NCBI GenBank assembly: GCA_965240325.2
Contig: OZ251232.1
Location: 2,108,001 to 2,172,000 of the forward strand
DNA length: 64,000 nucleotides
DNA from: Rebecca billardiae RCC1528
Lineage: Eukaryota; Protista; Haptophyta
Reading direction: 5' to 3'
In this document: positions 32,947-43,000 of the stretch, piece by piece
Numbering within the stretch: position 1 is the first letter of the stretch
How the letters are laid out: each line of letters starts with the position of its first letter
Notes under the pieces: generated by a model
Database searches by the model: none
Seen by the model: the letters and a program-made list of their open reading frames with translations, nothing else
What the model was told of the DNA's origin: nothing
Made by a program: the position numbers and the translations under genes

Positions 32947-33212
32947 GTGTCCTCCTGCATGAAGAGCGACGCGACGCCATTGAGTATGGACGAACATCAC
33001 CCACAGTCTGCGTGATGTGCATGCGAGGGCAGGTATTGCAGCATATATGCGAGCATGCAGCAAATGCCGATACACACCATGCCGAAATGGTGATGTATAA
33101 ATATATACTTGCGCGTGGTGGGGATTTGTCCCTGGCTGAACGGGAAGAGCGACTGAGCCGACGGTGCCAAAGCTGCGCGCAGACTGCGCCAGCGTGTGGC
33201 AGCAAGGTCCCG
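32947..33212 (+). repeat. Left terminal repeat A (inverted partner at 38566-38831)
   Basis: gtgtcctcctgcatg...aaggtcccg is the reverse complement of cgggacctt...catgcaggaggacac. Confidence 0.97.
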
Positions 33213-33424
33213 GGCCAACCCGGCCACGGCGCGATCGGCGCCGGCGCGCACTCGCTCGATGCCGTCGACCTCGCCCAGCATGCTCTCGACGCTTGGCCCT
33301 CGGGTTTTGGCTTGCCGACGGGCCACTAAGTGGGCGCCCGCCGGCGGATTGCTGCCCGCTTCTCTCGCCGGCGTCCGCGGCGGCGGTCGCCGCCGGGCCC
33401 GCGGGCGCTGCCGCGCGCGCGGCG

Positions 33425-36400
33425 ATGAGCGCCGAGGTGCCCCTGCCGGCGGTACCACCTGCTGCTCCCTTGCCGGGTGGGCTGGCCGCCGCTGCCTCGC
33501 CGCGGTCGCTGCGTGCTGAGGCTGCGCGCGCAGGCGACTCGTCATCTGCCGCCTCCTCGCCAGTCGCGGCGGTGACGGCGGGCGTGGGTGCTGCCGTGCT
33601 GCTTGCCCGCGCGCGGCTGCAGCCGCCCCGCGTCGACGGCGCCAAGCGCGCGCGCCCAACCGCGCCGGCTGTCGGCTGCGATGCGCCGCCGCCGCCGCTC
33701 GCGCCGGCGGGGCGGGGCGGCTCCACGCCTCTCGCTTCGCTGGCGCCGGGCGTGGCTGCCTCAGCGCTGCTCGACCGCTCGCGGCTGCCGCCGCCTCGCG
33801 TCGGCGGAGACGCGCGGGCTCGCCAGGCGGCGACATCTGCCGGCGCCGGTGCGCCGCCGCCGCTGCGCGCGCCTGCGGCGCGCAGCGGAGGTGGCATGCC
33901 GCCATCGCGGCTGGCGTGGGTCGAGCCGACACGCACGCTCAGTGCATCCACGGACTCCAGCACCTCGCTGCTGGCGCTCGTCGTCGCTCTCGACGATCCC
34001 GACGCGCCGCTCATCCTCGCCGGTCGACGCGCGCCCGGCGGCGCGCCGACTTCCTTTCTGGGCTCATCCACGTCGTCGTGCCCCCGCTCAGAGGCGTGCC
34101 CACGGGCCGAGTCTCTCGTCGCACGCGCGCTCACGGGTGGCCCGCCGCTGACGGGCATCTACGCCACACGCCTGCGCGGCGCCGAGTGCCGCTTTGGCGG
34201 CGAGGCGCACGTCGTGGCCCTTCCCAGCCGAACGCGCCCGCCGCGCTCGCCGATGCTCGCTGCTGGCTGCGAGTGGTTCCCTTTGGGCGCGTTCGCCGGC
34301 TCCGACTTGTACGAGCCGGCCGCCGCTGCGTGTGCAGCGCTCGTGGACGTCCTCCCTCGTCGCATGCCTCCTCTCGCCGCGACGGGTCCGGCCGGTTCCT
34401 CGGCCGCGCGCGATCTGGCGCTGGCGGCCGCCAGGCAGCGCTCGTGGGCGCAAGGGGCGCGCGCGGCCGAGGCGACCGACGCCGCTCTGCGGGCGATGAT
34501 CGCTGTACGCGCCGCCTCCTTGCCGGCCACGGAAGGCCAGTCGCTCACCGGCTGGGGCGATCGCGTGCGCACCGACCGCTCCAGCATCCCTGTCGCCCTG
34601 CAGGGTCACTCGATGCGCGTGCCGCTCGGGTCGCTCGCCGCGCTCCCCTTTGACTCCACGTCGGCGCGCTTTGACCCTCCTCACACCAACGTGCCGACGC
34701 CGCGGCGGCAGCGTGCGACTTCGTACCGCCCGCGGTCGGTTGCTGACATCCTCTTACCCGCGGCGCTCGAGCTCGTCGCGGGCTGGCGCCGCCGCGAGGA
34801 GGCCGACCTGCGCGCGTACCTCTCGCTCGGCTCAGCCGCCCGGCGCACCAACGCGCCGCTCGCCATCGGCCAGGACCTCTTCCACCCGGAGGCCCGCGGC
34901 ATCGTCTGGGACCTTCGGAGCAAGGTGGACGGCGTGTACTTGCCGCTCGACTTCTCGGCGCCGCTCGAGTCGCGCACGCTCATGCCGGACGCCCTCGAAG
35001 CTGCCGTCGGTCCCGACTTCCCCGACCGCGAGCTGCTCTCCTTTGTGCGCCACGGTGTGCGGTTCAAGGCCGATGTGGCTCTCCAGCTCGTGCTGCTGCC
35101 GCACCTCACCACCCTCGGCGCGGCCGCCTCCTCCGTGCACAAGGAGCTCCTCCGCCTCGCGGCGCGCGGCTGGTACAGCTTCTGGGACGACTTCCCGTTC
35201 CTCCCGTGCCGGCTCAGCCCGCAGGGGTCCACGCCGCGCAAGCTCGAGCCGGACCGGCACCGCCGCACGACCGATGGCGGCGCGCCCCGCCGCGCGCTCG
35301 TCGACACAGCTGGCGTGCCTGTCATCCCGCTCAACGTCGCTGTCGGTCTCCACGACGAGGTCGCTGACGCGGCCGCGGGCTGGCACGACGTGCCCCGCCC
35401 AGCAGCGGCTGCCCCGTCCGCCGCGGCCGAGCGGATGATCGCAGCGGGTCTTACGCCCACCCTGCCGCGCGCGCCGCCGCGCAAGTGGCCGCGCGAAGCC
35501 AAGCCCACGGTCGGCGGCAAGATGCACGACAACGCGATCCTGCTCGACGCCGCCGCCGTGTTTGGCGAGCCAATACTCACGCTCACAGACGACGTGGCCG
35601 ACTTCTTCAACCACCTCGGCGTCGCAACGGCCGAGCTGCCAAACGTCTGCCTCCTCTGGCTGCGGCCGGACGGCGAGGGCGTTGCCGCCGGCGGCCACGT
35701 CGTCGTCTCTGAGTCGCGCCTCGGCTTTGGGCTCTCGCCCAGCAGTAACATCGCGCAGCGCCTAAGCACGACCGTCGTGCAGATCGCCTCGCGGTGCTTC
35801 GACGACGAGGAGCTGCCGCGCTTCGAGGCGATGCTCGCTGACCCGCTGACGCCCCCTGCTGTGCGCAGCTGGATCGAGCAGCGCCGTGCGCTCGCGGTGA
35901 CCACGCGGCGCCCCCAGCTGCGCCTCTTCAGCGGCGACTGCTTCACGGACGACACCAACTTCTCCATCGTCGGCGTGGACAGAACGGTGCGCTTTCTCTC
36001 CGTCTGGCACCGCGTCACCACCAGCCTCGGCCTGCTCATGGCCATCCCCGAGAAGCGCCAAATCGGCCAGTCAGCGCTCTGGCTCGGCTGCGACTTTGTC
36101 GTCTGCGCTGGCGTCCTCGCGGTGCCGCCGGCCAAGATCCTGCGCGCTCTCGTCATCCTGGACGACTTGCTGGCGAGCAGGCCGGTACCCTTCTCTACCT
36201 TTCGCGCGCTCGTCGGTCTGCTCGAGCACTTCCGCCCGCTCACGCCGGCGAACCGCACGTTCTTCTACGGCCTGTACACGCACTTCGGCGAGCTCGGACG
36301 CCACCCAGCGCGGCCGGTGCCCATCACCGCCACGCTCCGCGCCGCGTGCGCGCGCTGGGCCAAGCTCCTGCGCTCCACCGCGGGCGTGCTCTTCTCCAAC

Positions 36401-37078
36401 GCGCTGCCGGGCCCCTCGACCCGCCGGCACCTGCCGGCCGCGGCGCCGCCTGCGTTCGTGCTCTTCTCGGACGCCGCCAAGGATGGCGCGCGCGTGCCGT
36501 CGCTGGGGGGCTACGCCCACGGGCTCTGCTGGAGCCTGCCCTTGCGCGCGTCGGACCTCGCTCTGCCGGTGGTCGCGCTCGAGTTCGTCGCGCTGTTCGC
36601 CAACGTGCTGATCTTCGCGCCGCGCATTGCAGGCGCCGTCATCCGGCTCCGCACCGACAGCTCTGTCACCGACCACATCCTCCACAACCTGTCCGCGCAC
36701 TCCCCGCTGCTGCAGCACGCGCACCTCGCGCTGCTCGACGCCCCTGAATGGCGGGCGATCGCAGAGCTGGCCGACTCGGAGTTCCTCCTCTCCGAGATGA
36801 ACCCGTTGGCGGACGCAGCTAGCCGCGGCGAGTTTGGCGTCCTCGAGCGCCTGTGCGCCCAGCTCGGCCTACGCCCGACGTGGCTCGCAGTGCCCGTCGT
36901 GCGCGTGCAGGCGCTGCTTGACGAGCTCGTCGCGCTGCTCTCGCGTCCGCTCGTCCTCGCTGCCGATCCGCCCATGCCGCTGCGCGGTGAGCGCGTGGGC
37001 GAGGCCAGCAACCCTGGGCCGGTGTGGCGGCGCTCGCGAGTCCGTGGCGCGCCGCCCGCGGTGGGCGCTTGTCGCTGA
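33425..37078 (+). CDS. Reverse transcriptase + RNase H polyprotein of DIRS type (frame open from 33164; first ATG at 33425)
   Basis: RT motifs TDDVADFFNHL, RLGFGLSPSS, FTDD (35942-35953), KRQIGQSALWLG. DIRS-like RNase H motifs LFSDAA, LEFVAL, LRTDS, NPLADAASR. Confidence 0.88.
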   Translation: MSAEVPLPAVPPAAPLPGGLAAAASPRSLRAEAARAGDSSSAASSPVAAVTAGVGAAVLLARARLQPPRVDGAKRARPTAPAVGCDAPPPPLAPAGRGGSTPLASLAPGVAASALLDRSRLPPPRVGGDARARQAATSAGAGAPPPLRAPAARSGGGMPPSRLAWVEPTRTLSASTDSSTSLLALVVALDDPDAPLILAGRRAPGGAPTSFLGSSTSSCPRSEACPRAESLVARALTGGPPLTGIYATRLRGAECRFGGEAHVVALPSRTRPPRSPMLAAGCEWFPLGAFAGSDLYEPAAAACAALVDVLPRRMPPLAATGPAGSSAARDLALAAARQRSWAQGARAAEATDAALRAMIAVRAASLPATEGQSLTGWGDRVRTDRSSIPVALQGHSMRVPLGSLAALPFDSTSARFDPPHTNVPTPRRQRATSYRPRSVADILLPAALELVAGWRRREEADLRAYLSLGSAARRTNAPLAIGQDLFHPEARGIVWDLRSKVDGVYLPLDFSAPLESRTLMPDALEAAVGPDFPDRELLSFVRHGVRFKADVALQLVLLPHLTTLGAAASSVHKELLRLAARGWYSFWDDFPFLPCRLSPQGSTPRKLEPDRHRRTTDGGAPRRALVDTAGVPVIPLNVAVGLHDEVADAAAGWHDVPRPAAAAPSAAAERMIAAGLTPTLPRAPPRKWPREAKPTVGGKMHDNAILLDAAAVFGEPILTLTDDVADFFNHLGVATAELPNVCLLWLRPDGEGVAAGGHVVVSESRLGFGLSPSSNIAQRLSTTVVQIASRCFDDEELPRFEAMLADPLTPPAVRSWIEQRRALAVTTRRPQLRLFSGDCFTDDTNFSIVGVDRTVRFLSVWHRVTTSLGLLMAIPEKRQIGQSALWLGCDFVVCAGVLAVPPAKILRALVILDDLLASRPVPFSTFRALVGLLEHFRPLTPANRTFFYGLYTHFGELGRHPARPVPITATLRAACARWAKLLRSTAGVLFSNALPGPSTRRHLPAAAPPAFVLFSDAAKDGARVPSLGGYAHGLCWSLPLRASDLALPVVALEFVALFANVLIFAPRIAGAVIRLRTDSSVTDHILHNLSAHSPLLQHAHLALLDAPEWRAIAELADSEFLLSEMNPLADAASRGEFGVLERLCAQLGLRPTWLAVPVVRVQALLDELVALLSRPLVLAADPPMPLRGERVGEASNPGPVWRRSRVRGAPPAVGACR

Positions 37079-37295
37079 GACACGGACGCCGCTGCATCGA
37101 CTGCTCGCCAGTCGCGCGGCGCAGTTTGGCGGCGGCCGCCGCCCGTCGCGCTCGCGCTGCAGTCGCGCTCGCAGCCGGATCCGGCCCTCGCACCGGCGCA
37201 CGCGTTGCCGGCTCCGCTGGGAGGCGCGCTCTGGCGACGCGGCGCACATCTCTCGCTCAAGTTGCAGCAACATCGTCTCTACGCTTCGGCCAAGC

Positions 37296-38515
37296 CTTTG
37301 TAGGCCACCAGCCTTTGTGGGCACAGCCTTTGCAGGCATACCCGTGACCTTTGTAGGCACAGCCTTTGTAGGCACACCCGTGACCTTTGTAGGCACAGCC
37401 TTTGTAGGCACACCCGTGACCTTTGTAGGCACAGCCTTTGTAGGCACACCCGTGACCTTTGTAGGCACACCAGTGACCTTTGTAGGCACAGCCTTTGTAG
37501 GCACACCAGTGACCTTTGTAATTGTAGGCACAGCCTTTGTAGGCACACCCGTGACCTTTGTAGGCCACACCAGTGACCTTTGTAGGCACACCAGTGACCT
37601 TTGTAGGCACAGCCTTTGTAGGCACATCCGTGACCTTTGTAGGCACACCAGTGACCTTTGTAGGCACAGCCTTTGTAGGCACACCCGTGACCTTTGTAGG
37701 CACAGCCTTTGTAGGCACACCCGTGACCTTTGTAGGCACAGCCTTTGTAGGCACACCAGTGACCTTTGTAATTGTAGGCACAGCCTTTGTAGGCACACCC
37801 GTGACCTTTGTAGGCACACCAGTGACCTTTGTAGGCACAGCCTTTGTAGGCACACCAGTGACCTTTGTAATTGTAGGCACAGCCTTTGTAGGCACACCCG
37901 TGACCTTTGTAGGCACACCAGTGACCTTTGTAGGCACAGCCTTTGTAGGCACACCCGTGACCTTTGTAGGCACAGCCTTTGTAGGCACACCCGTGACCTT
38001 TGTAGGCCACACCAGTGACCTTTGTAGGCACACCAGTGACCTTTGTAGGCACAGCCTTTGTAGGCACATCCGTGACCTTTGTAGGCACACCAGTGACCTT
38101 TGTAGGCACAGCCTTTGTAGGCACACCCGTGACCTTTGTAGGCACAGCCTTTGTAGGCACACCCGTGACCTTTGTAGGCACAGCCTTTGTAGGCACACCA
38201 GTGACCTTTGTAATTGTAGGCACAGCCTTTGTAGGCACACCCGTGACCTTTGTAGGCACACCAGTGACCTTTGTAGGCACACCAGTGACCTTTGTAGGCA
38301 CAGCCTTTGTAGGCACACCCGTGACCTTTGTAGGCACAGCCTTTGTAGGCACACCCGTGACCTTTGTAGGCCACACCAGTGACCTTTGTAGGCACACCAG
38401 TGACCTTTGTAGGCACAGCCTTTGTAGGCACATCCGTGACCTTTGTAGGCACACCAGTGACCTTTGTAGGCACAGCCTTTGTAGGCACAGCCCTTGCGGG
38501 CCAGACCTTTGTAGG
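37296..38515. repeat. Composite minisatellite (15-bp ctttgtaggcacagc and 21-bp ctttgtaggcacacc(c/a)gtgac units) with higher-order structure
   Basis: Rare variant units (ggccacacc, catccg, gtaattgta) recur in the same order at spacings of 442 and 364 bp. Confidence 0.97.
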
Positions 38516-38565
38516 TCCGGAGGTCCCCACGCACCCACCCCCGAACTCGCTTTCCTGCTCACAAA

Positions 38566-39275
38566 CGGGACCTTGCTGCCACACGCTGGCGCAGTCTGCG
38601 CGCAGCTTTGGCACCGTCGGCTCAGTCGCTCTTCCCGTTCAGCCAGGGACAAATCCCCACCACGCGCAAGTATATATTTATACATCACCATTTCGGCATG
38701 GTGTGTATCGGCATTTGCTGCATGCTCGCATATATGCTGCAATACCTGCCCTCGCATGCACATCACGCAGACTGTGGGTGATGTTCGTCCATACTCAATG
38801 GCGTCGCGTCGCTCTTCATGCAGGAGGACACGTGGCGTTATAACGGAGTTATAACCGAGTGTGTCGGGAGGCTGGAAAGGCAACGCGCAGCTGGTGGACA
38901 AGGGCAGCCATCGTCTTCTAGGTCCTGCAGGTAGTTGCAGTCGATTTCCGGAGCTCATCGGCCACGGAGCTATCCTTTATCATCATCATGGCGGGCGCTG
39001 GTCCTTTCATATCGGCCAACCACACTGGCTCCTCTGTAAGTACCCGCTCCTCTCCACTATCCGGCGCTCGAGATCATATACAAGGTCATCTTAAGTCGGC
39101 GTGGCAACTTACCAAAGTTCATATCAAGCAGCCCACCTAGCAGAGCTCGCTCGATCATCGGTTACACGACCTTTCGGGCCGAGCTGCTCATCTCTCGGCA
39201 GCCCCTGCTTCGGCCTGCGCATCTGCAAAGCCCGAGGTCCCGCCATCTCCTCTGCGTTCTTTGCTTGTGCTCGTT
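38566..39275. repeat. Internal complementary region A'B
   Basis: Junction gaggacac|gtggcgtt at 38831/38832 is the reverse complement of right end aacgccac joined to left end gtgtcctc. Confidence 0.95.
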
Positions 39276-39364
39276 CCCTGGCTCAGGCAAGCGCAGCACT
39301 CACAGGCCTGACGACAAGGTTGTCAACCACAACGGAGGCTGCAGGGGCGGATGGCGGGTTTCGC

Positions 39365-39808
39365 AACGAGCACAAGCAAAGAACGCAGAGGAGATGGCGG
39401 GACCTCGGGCTTTGCAGATGCGCAGGCCGAAGCAGGGGCTGCCGAGAGATGAGCAGCTCGGCCCGAAAGGTCGTGTAACCGATGATCGAGCGAGCTCTGC
39501 TAGGTGGGCTGCTTGATATGAACTTTGGTAAGTTGGCACGCCGACTTAAGATGACCTTGTATATGATCTCGAGCGCCGGATAGTGGAGAGGAGCGGGTAC
39601 TTACAGAGGAGCCAGTGTGGTTGGCCGATATGAAAGGACCAGCGCCCGCCATGATGATGATAAAGGATAGCTCCGTGGCCGATGAGCTCCGGAAATCGAC
39701 TGCAACTACCTGCAGGACCTAGAAGACGATGGCTGCCCTTGTCCACCAGCTGCGCGTTGCCTTTCCAGCCTCCCGACACACTCGGTTATAACTCCGTTAT
39801 AACGCCAC
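39365..39808. repeat. Right terminal repeat B' (inverted copy of 38832-39275; 89-bp spacer)
   Basis: 444-bp inverted repeat with one mismatch seen (gtggcaact vs gtgccaact). Confidence 0.97.
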
Positions 39809-40023
39809 ATATTATATCGATACAATGCGACGAGGGACCCACCTAAATTATTCATACAGCATACATTATTACATATGTATATATATATCTGATAGTACAC
39901 ACACACATCACACACGTATATAGCGAGTGATACCGAAGCGCGCAATGCCACTAGCAAGCTAGTTGAGTCGTCCTACGTATACGACTCGCAGTGCGCGCGG
40001 GGGCCACCCGGCGGTAGTTAGTC

Positions 40024-43000
40024 TCACTCGGCGGGTCCGACTCCGCTGGGGAGGCCGCCATCCGGCGTCGGGAGGCGGCCGTGGCGCCGTCCCGGTGGCA
40101 GCAGCACGGCGGGCTGGCGGATGTGGCGGACCTGCCGGATCTGGCGGCGCAACGCGCCAGGCATGCGTGCGGGCTCGCCGCCTCCCTCCGCTGCCGGCTC
40201 AAGGGCGGGCAGCTCGTACTGCGCGCCGCTCGGCACGGGCAGCGGCGGCATCATCCACGCGCTCCCCCACTCGGCGCCGCGCGCCTCCTCGCCGCCATCG
40301 GGGGCGGGGTCGGTGGCGCGAGCTGGGCATGCTGTCGCGCTCGGGCGTGGGGCCGAGCCGCCGCCGCCGCCGCCGGCGGCGGCACCGGCTGGCGGCGGCT
40401 CGGTGGCGGCGCCGAGGAGCGCGAGCCAGCACGGGCTCTCCAGCTCGGCCGAGTGCGGCCCCGCCGTCCCCGCGGCCGCGGCCGCGGCCGCCCCCGCCGG
40501 CCGCAGCGCGGGCGCGTGCAGCCTGCCGCCGCCGGCGTGGTGCGACGGATGCGAGTGCGAGGCGCGCCCCGCGCGCGCGGCGCTCCACGCGCTCAGCGCG
40601 AGCGCGCTGCGCACCGCGGCGCGCACGAGCTCGTTGAAGATGGCGCGCGCCTCCTCCTCGCGCGCGCTCGCTCCGCCGCCGTCGGGCGGCGCGGCCGCCG
40701 CGCCGTCGGCGTGCACCGCGCCGCCCGCGCCGCCTGCGCCGCCGGCCGCCGGCGCGAGCCCGGGCTCCGGCGCGGAGGCCGTCGGCTCGGCGGCGCGGCC
40801 GGCGGGCCCCGCGCGCGCCGCGCGGCCCGCGCCCTGCCGCAGCGTCGGGTGCGCCGACAGCGGCCGCGCCCGCTGCGGCGGCGGGTTTGGCCGCAGCGCG
40901 CGCGTCGCCGCGTCCACAATCGAGTGCAGGTCCTCCGGCCGCGCCGCGCGCGCGTCGTGCACGCTGAAGGCGGTGAGCGACGCGGCGACGCGGGCGTGGT
41001 CCTCGCGGAGGGCGTCGAGCAGGGCGCGGCCCTCGGCGGGCGCGAGCGCGAGGCGCAACTCCAGCGAGGGCCGGTGCTTGAGCCCGATCCCGCGCCGCGC
41101 GAGCTCAGCCTGCAGCACCTCGTGCAGGCACCACGCGCGGCTCAGGCACAGCGGCGCGTGCCACGGGTCTGCGCGGCGCGCGGCGCGGCGCGCGGCGCGG
41201 CGGGCGCGGCGCGAGCGGGCGCGCTCAGCCGGCCGCGCGCGAGGCGGGCAGCGGCGCAGCCGGCGCGCTCGGCGCGCGGTGCGCGCGGCGCGCGGGGTGC
41301 GCGCCGCGCGCGTGCCGAGCACGAGGACGACGGTGCCGATGGCCGCGATCAGCTCGCCGATGGAAGCAACCTCCGCGGCGGAGTCGGCCGCGTCGACGGG
41401 GCGCATGGAGAAGACGTCTGCCGCGGGCGCGCGGGGCGGCGCGGCGCGCGGCGCAGGGCGCGCTGAGGTCGGGCCGGGGGCCGGGGGCGGCAAACGGCGG
41501 GCAGTGCGCAGCACAGCACAGCGCGCGGCGCGCGCGCGCGCGGCGGCGCGCGGCGCGCGGCCGCGCGCGCCGCCGGCCGCGCGCGCGCGCCGCCCGCCCG
41601 CTCGCGCGCGCGCGCGCTCCCACACCGCGCGCGCACCAACCCAGAAGAACGCGCCCTCCGGCTCGAGCGCGTGCGCGTGCGTGTACTCGTCGAGCGCAGC
41701 GAGCAGCTTGGCAAAGGCGCAGCCGCGCGCGTGGGATACGAACGCCCTCGCGCGGCCGCTGGCGGGCGGGTCGGCCTCGCTCGCGCGGCGCGAGCGCGCG
41801 AGCTCCGCGAGCGAGACGCGCGGGTCCCCCGTCAGCCGCGCCGCGCGCTCCAGCACGAGCGCACTCGGCGCCTCCGCCCCGAGCTCGAGCTCGGCCGCGA
41901 TCGCGCGCATGAAGCCCACCGTGACGCCGAGCAGCGGCTGGCGCGCGCGCTGCGGCCGCGCGAGGCCGTGGCGAAGGAGCGTCGCGGGGGAGGGCGCGTC
42001 GGGCATCGTCGTGGGCGCGCCCGGCGCCGTGCCGCCCCCCGGCGCCACGCTCGCCGCGCGCAGCTGCCGATCGGCCGCGCGCCCGCCGGCGGGCTCGCCG
42101 CGGCGCGCGCGCGCGCACGCGGGCGCGCACGCGCGCGCGCGTGCCGCGCACGCGTCCGCGAGCATGCGCAGCGGCAGGCGCGGCACGAGCACGCCGACGG
42201 GCTGGAAGGCGTCGACGTGCGCGTACGAGAGGGCGGAGAGCACCACGTTCCACGCCGCGGCGCACACGTGCAGCCACACCGGGCGGAACTGCGCCCACGG
42301 CCGCGCGAGCGCGAGCGCGCCGAGCAGCAGCGCGCAGTAGCCCACGCGCGCCGCCGCGCGCAGCACGTGGCGCACGAGCGGCGTGGGCAGCTCGAGCAGG
42401 CCGGAGCGGGCGCGCGCGACCATGCACGTGGCGCCGAGCGCGACGCACAGGCTCAGGCACAGCGGCGAGAGCACCATCTGCACCAGCAGCGCGCGCGGGC
42501 TGCCTGACGCCACCGCGGCCACGTTCGCTGCCACATCAACACCGACAAAGAAGCACACGCTGCCGCCGAGCGCGAGCTTGTGCGAGCGGAGGGTGAGGTG
42601 CGACGGCGCGATGCCGATCGAGCGCACGGCGCCGTCGGCGTACACGAGCAGCAGCGACGAGCCCACCGCGAGGATCGACCACGGCACCGAGTGCACGCAC
42701 AGGCTCGCGCGCCACGGCAGCGCGCCGAACAGGCCCACGGGGTCGAGGGCGAGCGCGCACAGCCGCGCGGCGCCGAGGCAGAGGTGCAGCCAGAGGGTGG
42801 CGTCGGCGATGGTCGGGCGCACGCGGCCGTCGGGCGTGCGGCGGCGGTGGCCCACCCGCGCGTACGCGCGCAGCCGGCACGCCGCGAGCTCCACCACCGC
42901 GAGCACCTGCACGCCGAGCAGCACGCGGCCGAGGTCAAACCAGTGGGACGTCCACACGCGCTCGAACGCGGACGCGGACGGCGTGAGGCGCACGCGCACG

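Larger units (their letters stand above)
32947..39808 (+). mobile_element. DIRS-type (tyrosine-recombinase class) retroelement with split inverted repeats, recombinase missing
   Basis: Repeats A 32947-33212 / A' 38566-38831 (266 bp) and B 38832-39275 / B' 39365-39808 (444 bp); RT-RNase H ORF; TA-rich flanks with no definable TSD. Confidence 0.88.

Noticed and set aside
37296-38515. CRISPR array or telomeric repeat
   Set aside because: No unique spacers and no cas genes; the units are 15/21-bp composites internal to a retroelement, not a simple telomere motif.
36869-38958. Long minus-strand ORFs (581, 425 and 559 aa) and plus-strand TFVG repeat ORFs
   Set aside because: By-products of a stop-poor minisatellite open in several frames; no evidence of coding.
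38861-39779. Duplicated small ORFs on opposite strands (77 aa and related)
   Set aside because: They simply mirror the B/B' inverted repeat and have no recognisable domain.
32947-39808. Tyrosine recombinase or gag ORF within the retroelement
   Set aside because: No R-H-x-x-R-Y recombinase signature or zinc knuckle was recognisable in any listed frame.
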